Below are positions 1 through 8,908 of a stretch of DNA of 64,000 nucleotides, piece by piece; position 1 is the first letter of the stretch; every line of letters begins with the position of its first letter. The position numbers and the translations under genes were made by a program. The stretch spans positions 640,001 through 704,000 of the forward strand of contig CAVPCT010000005.1 of the NCBI GenBank assembly GCA_963702475.1, given 5' to 3'. The notes beneath the pieces were generated by a model. It ran no database searches. It was not told the origin of the DNA and saw only the letters and a list, made by a program, of their open reading frames with translations. Source of the stretch: an uncultured Thermoleophilia bacterium (GTDB lineage Bacteria; Actinomycetota; Thermoleophilia; UBA2241).

Positions 1-654
1 CATGAGGGCATCTGGATCCGCCACCTGGACCGCCTGCGTGCCGCGCACGGCGATCGCCTTCACGTTCTTCGAGCCCATCACCGCGCCCATGCCGGTGCGC
101 GCCGCGGCGTGGCAGGTGCCCTGGTGCAGGTCGGCCCAGGTGACCAGGTTCTCGCCGGCCGGCCCGATGCTGATGACCTTGACGTTCGGATTGTCGAGCT
201 CATCGAGGACGGCCTGCTGTGTGTCGTAGGTGGCCTTGCCCAACAGCGCCGTGGCGTCGCGCAGCTCCACGTGCTCGTTGTGGACGTACACGTATACGGG
301 CCTCTCGGAGCGGCCGTGCAGCACCAGGTGGTCGTAGCCCGCGTACTTGAGCTCCGCCGCCCAGTAGCCGCCCATGTTCGAGTCGCCGAGCAGGTTCGTC
401 ACCGGCGACTTGGCCATGACGTCCAGACGGCTGCAGCCTGGGTACGAGGTGGCGCCCAGCGGCCCGACGCCCATGCAGAGCACGTTCTCGGGGCCGAGAG
501 CTTCCGCTCCCGAGGGTACGAGCTCGTACATCAGGGCGGCGTTGATGGCGCGGCCGCCGAGAAAGCGGTCGGAGTACGCCCTCGTCGGCTGCGTGCGGGT
601 CTCCCCCGTCGTGAGGTCGACGTGGAGGATCTTGCCTGCGTTCAGGAACGGCAT
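1..654 (-). CDS. aor: Aldehyde:ferredoxin oxidoreductase (W/Mo AOR family), N-terminal part; runs off the window edge
   Basis: Translated by hand (not in the ORF track): MPFLNAGKILHVDLTTG..FLGGRAIN..KSPVT..DSNMGGYWAAELKYAGYD..IGPAGEN..AARTGMGAVMGSKNVKAI. RBS AGAGGAGG upstream. Confidence 0.9.
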   Translation of the reverse strand, partial: MPFLNAGKILHVDLTTGETRTQPTRAYSDRFLGGRAINAALMYELVPSGAEALGPENVLCMGVGPLGATSYPGCSRLDVMAKSPVTNLLGDSNMGGYWAAELKYAGYDHLVLHGRSERPVYVYVHNEHVELRDATALLGKATYDTQQAVLDELDNPNVKVISIGPAGENLVTWADLHQGTCHAAARTGMGAVMGSKNVKAIAVRGTQAVQVADPDALM

Positions 655-680
655 GCTCGCTCCCTCCTCTCGGTCGGGGC

Positions 681-1172
681 TCAGGCCTCGGTCACGTTCT
701 GGAGATGCTCGAGGTACTTCTCGAGCCCGGTCCGCTTGCGGTGCATGCCCTCCTCGACCACGTCACCGAAGGTCAGGGCCTCCTTGGCGCAGACCTTGAC
801 GCAGTACGGATCGCCGTCGCAGAGGGTGCACTTCTCGCACACGCCGGTGACCGGGTCAACGGCGGGCGCCCCGAACGGGCAGACGTACACGCACGTGTGA
901 CAGCCCAGGCACCGCTCCTTGGCGACGACGATGGCGCCGGTCTCCTCGTTGCGCGAAAGCGCCTCGGCCGGGCACATCTTCACGCACAGGGGATCGGCGC
1001 ACTGCCGGCAGAGGACGGGGATGGTGGTGGTGACCCCTTCCTTCTGTGTCTTGACCACGTGGATCCGGGCGCGCGCCGGATTGCACTCACCGAAGTTGTG
1101 CAGGGAGCAGGCGATCTCGCACGACCTGCAGCCGGTGCACTTCTCTATATCGACCGTCACGACTCCGTACAT
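681..1172 (-). CDS. 4Fe-4S dicluster (DmsB/HycB-like) electron-transfer subunit of AOR
   Basis: Four Cys clusters: CTGCRSCEIAC, CRQCADPLCVKMCP, CLGCHTCVYVCP, CTLCDGDPYCVKVC. Confidence 0.92.
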   Translation of the reverse strand: MYGVVTVDIEKCTGCRSCEIACSLHNFGECNPARARIHVVKTQKEGVTTTIPVLCRQCADPLCVKMCPAEALSRNEETGAIVVAKERCLGCHTCVYVCPFGAPAVDPVTGVCEKCTLCDGDPYCVKVCAKEALTFGDVVEEGMHRKRTGLEKYLEHLQNVTEA

Positions 1173-1266
1173 GTGGAGGACTCTCCTTCCCTCGGCTCAC
1201 ACTGACCTGGCGCGGGCGGCCCCAGCCTGAGGGCCGGCCGCGCGGTGCGTCACGGGCGGCCCCGTC

Positions 1267-3072
1267 TCAAGGGCGGCCACCTCCTCCCGACGGCGGGCCG
1301 TCCCACGACAGCGAGAGCTCCGCCAGCTTGCCGGCGGTGGGCACGCCGCGTTCGTCCCAGCCCCTGCAGCGGTAGTACTCCTCGAGCATCGGCTCGAGGT
1401 CGACGACGTGGCCGGCGCAGGGACCCGCGGCGACCGGCTCGTGCAGCAGGCGCGCCGGCAACGTGTCGTCGGCGCGCGTGAACCCGGCGCTCAGGTTGAA
1501 GAGCCGCTCCGCGTTCCAGATGCGCTCCCCGGCGAGCAGGAGCTCGTCGGTCTCGACGGGCTCGCCGCGCATGGCGCCGAGCAGGCGCGCGAACGACGCC
1601 GGCGCCACGGCGAACGCCGCGAACTTGCAGCCCACGAGCGAGTCGAGCGCGGCGTTGAGGTCCTGCAAGGCGATCACCGGCGGCGCCTTGCCGCCCGTGG
1701 CGAACCGGTCCAGCCGCTCCGGCACGCCGACGATCTCGTACCCGAGCGTGTTGGCGCGCGTGTGGCAGCCACCGCGGTTGGAGGTGGCGAAGGCGAGGCC
1801 CTGGCCGGTCATGCCGCGCGGGTCGAAGGCCGGCAGCTCGAGACCCTTGACGCTCATGGACAGCTCGGGCATGCCGCGGCCGGCGGCGAGGCTGCGCGAG
1901 CCGCCGGCGAGCTCCTCGCCGAGCCCGCGGCCCTCCACGGTGTCGGCGATGAGCGGCAGCAGACACCCGGCGTCGCCGAACCGCGGCCCGCCGGGCAGAA
2001 GACCGAGGTCGGTGAGCTCCATGGCACAGGCGATCGTGGAGCCCATGGTGATGGCGTCCAGGCCGGCGTCGTTGCAGGCGTGATTGGCGGCGACGATCGC
2101 CTCCAGGTCGCCGATCCCACAGGCCGCCCCCAGCGCCCAGATGTTCTCGTACTCGGGGCCGCGGCCGCGACCCGACGCGCTCTCGAGGTCTCGCGCGCAG
2201 CCCACGGGGCAGCCGGCGCACGCGGTGCTCCTGCCCCCCGACGACGAGTGCAGGGACTCGCCGCTGATGGCCGCCGCCAGCTCGAAGCGGCTGTCGCGGA
2301 AGTTGCGCGTCGGCAGCACACCGGACCGGTCGAGAAGATGCACCAGGACGCTGGTGCCGAACCGCGGAAGCTGCTGTCCCGTGGCGGGGTTGGCGCGCAC
2401 GAGGTCCGCGACCTCACGGACGGCGGCCGCGAACCCCTCGGGGTCGGCGGGCGGCAGGAGGCTCGCCGGCGACGGCGCCACGACGATGCCCTTGAGTCGC
2501 TTGGCGCCCATCACGGCCCCCAGGCCGCCACGGCCCACCTGGCGGCCGCGGTCGTTGACGATGCTGGCGAACAGCACGCCGCGCTCGCCGGCACGGCCGA
2601 TCACGGCGGCCTCGCAGCGGCCGTGGAGCGACCGGAGACGCGCCAGCGCAGCCGGCGCATCCAGGCCCCACAGCTCGCCCGCGGGCCGCAGCCTCGCGCC
2701 GGCGTCGTCCACCAGCACGTACGACGGCTCGTCGCAGGCGCCGTCCACGACCAGGTAGTCGAGCCCGCAGCGGCGCAGGGCGATGCCCAGCCCGCCGCCC
2801 GAGTTGCCGTCGAACGCGGTCCCGGTCAGCGGCGACCGCGCGCTGATGCTGTAGCGCCCGGTCGCCGGCGCGGCGCTCCCTGTCAAGGGGCCCGGCGCCA
2901 CGATCAGCGGACTCCGCGGCGACAGCGGATCGACCTCGAACACGCGCCGCTGCAGCAGCAGGTGCACGCCGAGCCCGCGCCCGCCCACGTAGGCGCGGGC
3001 AGTCTCGGGCGGCTGCTCTTCGTGCTCCGCCCGGCCGGTCAGAAGGTCGACGTGCAGCCCGGTCAGCGGCAC
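1267..3072 (-). CDS. aor: Aldehyde:ferredoxin oxidoreductase, apparently intact
   Basis: YVGGRGLG, GRGGLGAVMGAKRLK, CAGCPVGC, PEYE, DAITMG, KGLELPAFDPRG, SNRGGCH motifs. GTG start at 3072 inferred from homology. Confidence 0.9.
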   Translation of the reverse strand: MPLTGLHVDLLTGRAEHEEQPPETARAYVGGRGLGVHLLLQRRVFEVDPLSPRSPLIVAPGPLTGSAAPATGRYSISARSPLTGTAFDGNSGGGLGIALRRCGLDYLVVDGACDEPSYVLVDDAGARLRPAGELWGLDAPAALARLRSLHGRCEAAVIGRAGERGVLFASIVNDRGRQVGRGGLGAVMGAKRLKGIVVAPSPASLLPPADPEGFAAAVREVADLVRANPATGQQLPRFGTSVLVHLLDRSGVLPTRNFRDSRFELAAAISGESLHSSSGGRSTACAGCPVGCARDLESASGRGRGPEYENIWALGAACGIGDLEAIVAANHACNDAGLDAITMGSTIACAMELTDLGLLPGGPRFGDAGCLLPLIADTVEGRGLGEELAGGSRSLAAGRGMPELSMSVKGLELPAFDPRGMTGQGLAFATSNRGGCHTRANTLGYEIVGVPERLDRFATGGKAPPVIALQDLNAALDSLVGCKFAAFAVAPASFARLLGAMRGEPVETDELLLAGERIWNAERLFNLSAGFTRADDTLPARLLHEPVAAGPCAGHVVDLEPMLEEYYRCRGWDERGVPTAGKLAELSLSWDGPPSGGGGRP

Positions 3073-3100
3073 GCCGGAGTGGCGCCGGCGCGACCCCGGT

Positions 3101-3619
3101 CTACTCGCCGGCGCCTGCACGCTCCACCTCCTGTGCCACGCGAGCCGCGGGACGATGTGAGGACTCCTCGATCGCGGCGTCGCGACGCCTGCGCCGGGAG
3201 CCCTCGTCCGCGTACACGTAGCGGAGTGCGCCCTGTTCGCAGACCCCGACGCACTCGGGCGCGCCCCCACAGTAGTCGCACTTCGTGCTCACACGCGCAA
3301 CGTCGTCGTAGTGCGCGTGCCCGAACGGGCACGCGACGTTGCAGGCGCGGCACCCGATGCACAGCCGCTCGTCGATGACCACTCTGGCGCCCTGCACGTC
3401 CTGGCGACAGGCCTTCGTCGGGCAGGCGCGCGCGCACGACGGCGTCTCGCAGTGGTGGCAGGTGAGGGGCGCGCAGAAGCCGTCGTCCGCGCGCCACACC
3501 TTGATGTGCGCCCGCTCCGCTGCGACGACGACCCCTGTGTGGGCCAGCGAGCAGGCCACGACGCAGAGCCCGCAGCCGTCGCACAGACGCTGGTCGACGA
3601 GGATGACCTTGCCGTTCAC
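3101..3619 (-). CDS. 4Fe-4S dicluster protein
   Basis: MNGKVILVDQRLCDGCGLCVVAC..CHHCETPSCARACP..CIGCRACNVACP..KCDYCGGAPECVGVC. GTG start overlaps the upstream stop. Confidence 0.88.
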   Translation of the reverse strand: MNGKVILVDQRLCDGCGLCVVACSLAHTGVVVAAERAHIKVWRADDGFCAPLTCHHCETPSCARACPTKACRQDVQGARVVIDERLCIGCRACNVACPFGHAHYDDVARVSTKCDYCGGAPECVGVCEQGALRYVYADEGSRRRRRDAAIEESSHRPAARVAQEVERAGAGE

Positions 3620-4710
3620 TCCGCTACCCCGGTGGGTATCCGCCCGCCCGCCGCGGAGACCGGGCGGTCGGCGCGCCAGCGCGCGAACCTGTACAGCGGC
3701 GGCGCCTCGGTGATGCCGACTGCCAGGACGCCGCAGCGCAGCACGAAGCCGCCGGCCAGTACGCTCAGCGCCGCGACCACAGCGACGGCCTCGGAGTCCA
3801 GGCCCAGGTTGACGAGCACGAGGACGAACGGCAAGCGAGAGAGCCAGGCCCACGATGCCGCCCCAGAACCCGGCACGCCAGCCGCCGGTGAGCCACAGCT
3901 TCACTGAGAGCAGGGCGGCCGGCCCACCGTGTCGCAGGCGCCACACGTAGACCGCGAGCAGCGCGGCCTCCGCGACGAGGACGAACGGCTCCGCCTGTCC
4001 AGGCCGCGCACGAGCTCGCGGGCGGATCCCGCATCGCCGGCCGCAGCGCCATACATCAGGGCGCCCAGCACGACCGCCATCGACCCCGTCGAGAGAGCGG
4101 AGGCCAGGAAGAGCCACGGCAGGACCGCCGACCTCCACGCCGGGACGTACTTCATCGACTGCAGCAGGATCCCGGTGTACACGGCGGTCCCCAGCGCGGT
4201 CACGACCGTGACCGCCTGGAGGGCGCGCCACAGCGACGGCGCGCGGCCCGGCCAGTCCGGAAGAAGGACGGACACGCCGGCCACCACGGCCCCGAGCACG
4301 ATGAAGGCAAGAAGGATGGAGAACCCCCGCGCCATCCACGACGTGCGCGGGTTGAAGCCCGCGCTCCAGCAGCGCCACCGGTTCCTGCCCAGGTGGAACA
4401 CGAGGAGCGCGGCACCCAGCGCAGTCGCGAACGGTCCCCACAGGATGAACAGCTGGGACCAGTCCCACGCCCACCCGTCGATGGGCGCGGCGTACGACGG
4501 GCCGAGCTCCAGTCCGAGCCAGCCGGCCCCCGTTGCCGCGACAAAGGCGCCGGCCCCGAGGCCGCCGAGGTACAGGTAGCCGGCGATGAGCAGCTCCCAG
4601 GCTCTCTGCGGCTCGCCTGCGCGGGGAGAAACGACGACGCGCGCCAGGAGCTCTGGGGACATGCGTGCACGCAGGTCGTGCAGGTCGAGCGTCGGGGCGT
4701 CAGCGGACAA
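3616..4710 (-). CDS. NrfD/PsrC-family membrane anchor; two apparent frameshifts (~3995, ~3838)
   Basis: QRAWELLIAGYLYLGGLGAG..LLVFHLGR..RTSWMARG..YTGILL..VPAW..LFLASALSTG; continues in adjacent frames to GFWGGIVG and LAGGFVLRCGVLAVG. GGAGG RBS 7 nt before the TTG at 4710. Confidence 0.82.
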
Positions 4711-6016
4711 GCGGGACCTCCCGGCCGGCGGCGGACGAACGGGCCCGCGGCAGCCGCGGAGCGGTCGCCGCAGCGGCCGCGCGGACGTTCCGCGCGAGCA
4801 CGCCCTCCAGACGCCGCGTGCGATCCGCCCCGCGGACGAGCTCGTCCGCGCCGACCGGCCGGCCCAGTGCCGCGGAGAGGGCCGCGGCGAAGCCGTCCGG
4901 GCCGAGCGGGTCGTCCTCGGCGCCGGCGAGACGGTAGCAGGCGCCGACCAGGGAGGCGACCGCCGCGGCGACGCCCCGCTCCGCGCCGGCCGCCGCGGCC
5001 GTCCACGCGCCCGTGCGGCGCGTCGTCGCGACCGCCTCGCGCGCGCCGACGTCTCCGCGCCCCGACTCCTCCGTCGTCGACCAGGCGTCCACGCCCGCCT
5101 GCTCACACCGCCGGGCGAGCTCGAACCACAGCCCGGCGTCGCGGCGTCGCAGCTCCGGCCACAGTGCGGTGCGCGCCTCGCGCGGCAGCACCGCGCCGCC
5201 GCGCCCGGGCACCTCGTACGAGTCCCGGCAGGACACCGGGCAGCCGGCGCAGCCGGCGCGCCGGCGCCGCCAGGCCCGCGGCAGGTCCGGCGCCTCAGGC
5301 GCGTGCACGCGCCTGCCGTACGCCGAGGTCCTCACCGCCTCGTGTGCGGCCAGGGCGACATCCAGAAAGGCCGCGGGGTCCGCGAGCCGGACCCCTCTCG
5401 TCCCGCGCACCACCACGGCCCGGCAATTCATCGCGCCGAACGCGGCGCCGGACCCGGGGTCGCCCTCCGCCAGGCCCACGTCGCCGTGCAGGGTCGCGCA
5501 GGCCTCCTGCTGCTCGCCGGCGGGGCCGGCAGAGATCACCTGCGCGTCCGGACTGTCCAACTGCGCGCGCATGAGGTCCTCGGCCTCGCCACATGAGGCG
5601 CCCCAGACCTCCCGGGCGGGGCGCAGCTCGACCGTCTCGTTGCGCACGCAGAGGTAGACGGGCCGGTCGGCACGGCCCTCAAGCACCACCGCGTCCCAGC
5701 CGGCCTGCCTGAGCTCGGCCGCCCAGCCTCCGGGCACGCGGGCGCTGCCGACGGCTGCGGACGCCGGCGACGTCCACAGCACGTGGGCGTCCCCGCACCC
5801 GGGGTAGAAGCTCCCGGCCAGAGCGCCGGCCGCGAGGCAACAGGCGACGCCGCCCGAGCGGGCCTTCCCGCGCGCGGCGTCTGACTCGAAGAGCAGGCCT
5901 ACGCAGAGGCCGTGGCCGCCCACGTACTCGCGCCCGTACCGCTCAGTGGGCACGGCGTGCCACCGGCCCGTCGTGAGATCCACACGCAGGACGCTGCCGC
6001 CGTACAGGTACGTCAC
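4700..6016 (-). CDS. Degenerate, shortened AOR-like protein (~438 aa)
   Basis: N-terminus YGGSVLRVDLTTG..YVGG..YPGC..GGWAAELRQAGWD..RPVYL..SAGPAGE and CAGCPVSC are retained. Pterin-binding motifs are eroded. GTGA overlap with the upstream gene. Confidence 0.72.
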   Translation of the reverse strand: MTYLYGGSVLRVDLTTGRWHAVPTERYGREYVGGHGLCVGLLFESDAARGKARSGGVACCLAAGALAGSFYPGCGDAHVLWTSPASAAVGSARVPGGWAAELRQAGWDAVVLEGRADRPVYLCVRNETVELRPAREVWGASCGEAEDLMRAQLDSPDAQVISAGPAGEQQEACATLHGDVGLAEGDPGSGAAFGAMNCRAVVVRGTRGVRLADPAAFLDVALAAHEAVRTSAYGRRVHAPEAPDLPRAWRRRRAGCAGCPVSCRDSYEVPGRGGAVLPREARTALWPELRRRDAGLWFELARRCEQAGVDAWSTTEESGRGDVGAREAVATTRRTGAWTAAAAGAERGVAAAVASLVGACYRLAGAEDDPLGPDGFAAALSAALGRPVGADELVRGADRTRRLEGVLARNVRAAAAATAPRLPRARSSAAGREVPLVR

Positions 6017-6564
6017 GCCGGCCGGCCGTTGCCACGCGTCATCGCGCCGTTCCCGTGCGTCACACCGCCGGCGGCCACTGAGGGTGCGGTCACGAGCTCG
6101 AGGTACGCCTCGAGGGCGGCACGCTTGCGGCGCGGGCCCTCCTCGTCGTCGTCCGCGAACGTCAGGGCGCGCTCGGCACAGACCTTGACGCACAGGGGAT
6201 CGCCGTCGCAGAGCGTGCACTTCTGCGCTGTCCCGAGTCTCCGGTCGACGGCCGGCGCACCCACCGGGCAGACCTCGACGCACGTGCGGCAGCCGATGCA
6301 CGAACCCTCGTCAACGACCACCACGCCTCGCGCGCCGTCTCGCCGGAGAGCCTCCGCGGGACACAGGGTCACGCACAGCGCGTCCTCGCACTGCCGGCAG
6401 GTGACGGGGACCGCGCGCACCGCCCCGTCGTCGCGCAGGCGAGCGACGGAGATATGCGCGCGTGACGGGTCGCACTCCCGATGATGGCGCAGCGAACAGG
6501 CCATCTCGCAGCAGCCACACCCCGTGCAGCGCTCGGCATCGACGACCAGGCGTCCGCCAGGCAC
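6013..6564 (-). CDS. 4Fe-4S dicluster protein, paralogue of 681-1172 (start uncertain)
   Basis: CTGCGCCEMAC..CRQCEDALCVTLCPAEAL..CIGCRTCVEVCPVGAPAVD..KCTLCDGDPLCVKVCA, collinear with 681-1172. Confidence 0.88.
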   Translation of the reverse strand: MPGGRLVVDAERCTGCGCCEMACSLRHHRECDPSRAHISVARLRDDGAVRAVPVTCRQCEDALCVTLCPAEALRRDGARGVVVVDEGSCIGCRTCVEVCPVGAPAVDRRLGTAQKCTLCDGDPLCVKVCAERALTFADDDEEGPRRKRAALEAYLELVTAPSVAAGGVTHGNGAMTRGNGRPA

Positions 6565-6712
6565 CCGCTCGAACAGACCGTCGGGGCCTGCGACCGTCTG
6601 CCGTCCCACGTTCGATGCTGTCCTGACGATCGGTCCACCTCTCGCCCAGGCGACACGCACCGCACATGCCGCGCCCGCCGTCGCAGGCGATCGAAGCGAC
6701 GTGGCGGGACTT

Positions 6713-6783
6713 ATCCAACCGGTTGGCACACAGCCTAGACTCTACGCGGCGGTGAGGCAACGTGGATTCATCCAACCGGTGGG
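6713..6783. promoter_or_regulatory. Pair of palindromic operators, probably TetR sites, in the divergent promoter region
   Basis: ATCCAACCGGTTGG (6713-6726) and ATCCAACCGGTGGG (6770-6783). Candidate -10s: TAGGCT (minus, 6732-6737) and TGG-TACGCT (plus, 6792-6797). Confidence 0.7.
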
Positions 6784-6830
6784 TTACGTGGTACGCTACC
6801 GGCGGCCGCAGGTGACGAGCGAGGGGCGAC

Positions 6831-7502
6831 GTGGCGGACGGACACGCGAGCGACCGGCTGTGCGCTCAGACGAACGAGGGCGCGGGCGACGCGGACCTCC
6901 ACGTGACCCACCCCACGGCGCGACGCATGATCAAGGCCGCGCGCACCATCCTCGCCCGCGACGGCTTCGCCGCCCTCACCCTCGAGGCGGTGGCGGCGGA
7001 GGCCGGCGTGAACAAGGCCTCCACACGCTACTACTTCGGCAACAAGGAGGGCCTCATCAACGCGACCATGGCCGAGATCGTCCTCGACGAGTGCGCCGAC
7101 CACAGGCCGCCCGACGCGCCGCTGGCGCCCGATGAGCGCGTGGACGCCATCATCGAGAACGTGCGGGCCATCGCCCTCGACCCCGACTCGTTCACGGGGT
7201 TCTTCGAGCTGCTGCCCCAGGCCACCAAGAGCGAGGCCATCAAGGGTCACTTCGTGCGGCTGTACGAGACCTGGTTCGACTCCAACGTCGACTGGCTCGA
7301 CCTCCGCGACCGCGAAGCGCCCCCAGAAGCACAGCGCGGGCTCGCCATGGTCCTGTCGGCGATCATCGACGGCATGGCCGTGCAGGAGACCATCTTCGGC
7401 GACGAGTACGAGCCCGAGGCCGCGCTGAGCGTGCTCAGGAGCATCCTCAGCGAGGTCGTTCCCCGCATGCAGGATCCGGAGGAGGCAGGCCGGCGTGGAT
7501 GA
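6831..7502 (+). CDS. TetR/AcrR family regulator
   Basis: AARTILARDGFAALTLEAVAAEAGVNKASTRYYFGNKEGL helix-turn-helix. Confidence 0.92.
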   Translation: MADGHASDRLCAQTNEGAGDADLHVTHPTARRMIKAARTILARDGFAALTLEAVAAEAGVNKASTRYYFGNKEGLINATMAEIVLDECADHRPPDAPLAPDERVDAIIENVRAIALDPDSFTGFFELLPQATKSEAIKGHFVRLYETWFDSNVDWLDLRDREAPPEAQRGLAMVLSAIIDGMAVQETIFGDEYEPEAALSVLRSILSEVVPRMQDPEEAGRRG

Positions 7503-7593
7503 GATGATCGCCTACGGCGGCCTCAAGTGCCACGACTGCCCCACGCCCCGGGCGGCGGACGACGCCGCGCGCGAGGAGATCGCCGCGCACTAG
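7495..7593 (+). pseudogene. Truncated remnant resembling the N-terminus of DUF3795 Cys-rich proteins
   Basis: MDEMIAYGGLKCHDCPTPRAADDAAREEIAAH*, similar to the MIAYCGLxCxxCP start of DUF3795. GGAGG upstream. Confidence 0.45.
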
Positions 7594-7634
7594 GCGGCGG
7601 CCGGCCGGAGCCGCGACTCCGGCCGGCCGCCGCC
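7593..7634. terminator. Perfect 18-bp hairpin between convergent genes
   Basis: GGCGGCGGCCGGCCGGAG-CCGCGA-CTCCGGCCGGCCGCCGCC. Confidence 0.7.
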
Positions 7635-7657
7635 GATCCGACCGGCGCCGTGCCTCG

Positions 7658-8710
7658 TCAGTCCATATAGGCGTTGAGCGGGTACGTCCTGTACTCGGCG
7701 ATCGGCTGCTTCTCCGTGGTGACGAACCCCGGCTCGGCCTCGACCAGCGAGGGCAGCCGGTTCACGATGCTGGCGCACGTGTACTCCACCGTGGCCGGCT
7801 CCTTGATGCTGCAGTGCGTGTCCGGCTCGCCAAGGATGTCCCAGTCACAGCGGTCGGTCTCGCCGGGCGCGTACACCTTGCCGATGCAGTGGGTCACGAT
7901 GACCGGGCCCTGGAACGTCTCCGTAGTGACGCAGGCGTCCATGCCGGTCGCCACGCCCTTCTTGACCGTCTCGCCGAGCGTGCTGGAGAAGAGGTCCTCG
8001 TCGTGGAACGTGGGCGCCAGCTCCTGCGTCTGCGACTTGATGGTCCAGCCCAGGCGAGAGACGAGCCACTCGTTCGAGTTCCACACGTAGGCGGGCAGTG
8101 CCTCGGCCTCGGCGATCTCCGTCTGGAACGCCTCGGGCGTCAGGCCGGCGCCGTGGACCTTGGCCAGGGCGATGCCGTAGTCCTCCACGTTGTAGCTGAT
8201 CCAGCCCTCCATCTTGTCGATGCGGTGGTGAGCCCCCGCCATCACCACGAGGAGGTTGCCCCACCACACGTCCTGGTCGCCGCAGCCGCACAGGGAGCAC
8301 CCGTGCTCCTTGGCCACCTTGTCCAGGCGGTTGGTGATGGCCGGCGACGTGGTCCACGGGTAGAAGGCCTCCTCGCAGGTGGAGATGGCGTTCACCCCGT
8401 GGCGAGCGGCGCGATCGAAGTGCTCCTCCATGTCGGTCATGAGGCTGGCGATGGCGATGATGGTGGCGTCGGCGTCACACTCGTCGAACACGGCCTCGGC
8501 GTCGCTGCGCACCGGCACGTTGAGCTTGATGCCGAGGCCGGCGACCTCGCCGGCGTCCTTGCCGACCAGCGCGGGATCGGTGTCGATGGCCCCGACGATG
8601 TCGGCGCCCTTCTCGTAGAGGTAGCGGAGGAAGATGCCGCCCATCTTGCCGCACCCGTACTGGATCACACGCAGGCGCGGCGGCAGGCCGGAGCTGGTCT
8701 TGCGTGACAT
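7658..8710 (-). CDS. NAD(P)-dependent amine dehydrogenase (2,4-diaminopentanoate dehydrogenase/DapB-like family)
   Basis: RVIQYGCGKMG Rossmann motif, LVGKDAGEVAG, GVNAISTCEEAFYPW, IVNRLPSLVEAEPGFVT. Confidence 0.75.
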   Translation of the reverse strand: MSRKTSSGLPPRLRVIQYGCGKMGGIFLRYLYEKGADIVGAIDTDPALVGKDAGEVAGLGIKLNVPVRSDAEAVFDECDADATIIAIASLMTDMEEHFDRAARHGVNAISTCEEAFYPWTTSPAITNRLDKVAKEHGCSLCGCGDQDVWWGNLLVVMAGAHHRIDKMEGWISYNVEDYGIALAKVHGAGLTPEAFQTEIAEAEALPAYVWNSNEWLVSRLGWTIKSQTQELAPTFHDEDLFSSTLGETVKKGVATGMDACVTTETFQGPVIVTHCIGKVYAPGETDRCDWDILGEPDTHCSIKEPATVEYTCASIVNRLPSLVEAEPGFVTTEKQPIAEYRTYPLNAYMD

Positions 8711-8760
8711 GAGGACCCCCTTGCTCGCAGTCAAACCGGCGGGAAGGCCGGCCGTGACCC

Positions 8761-8908
8761 CCGGTGCCCGCTCGCCCTGCGCGCCCCGGGCTCAGTTCGG
8801 CGTGCGCTCACCCCCCTCCGGCCTCGGCGGCCTTCGCAGGACGGCGCCGCGCTCTCAGCGCCCCGGAAGGGGCGCACGCGTACCGCGTGCGCCGGCGCCG
8901 GGCACCGG
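8761..8908. repeat. Intergenic palindromic (REP-like) element
   Basis: Outer inverted repeat CCGGTGCCCG (8761-8770)/CGGGCACCGG (8899-8908). Inner stem GTGCGC..CCCCTCC / GGAAGGGGCGCAC. Confidence 0.5.

Noticed and set aside
7591-7593. TAG read-through (pyrrolysine) of the DUF3795-like stub
   Set aside because: The downstream frame runs into a terminator hairpin and lacks the further cysteines expected for the family.
8780-8870. TPP or lysine riboswitch upstream of the dehydrogenase (GCTGAGA, GCCGAA on the minus strand)
   Set aside because: The other invariant motifs (CCTGAT for TPP; AGAGGTGC and CTGTC for lysine) are missing.
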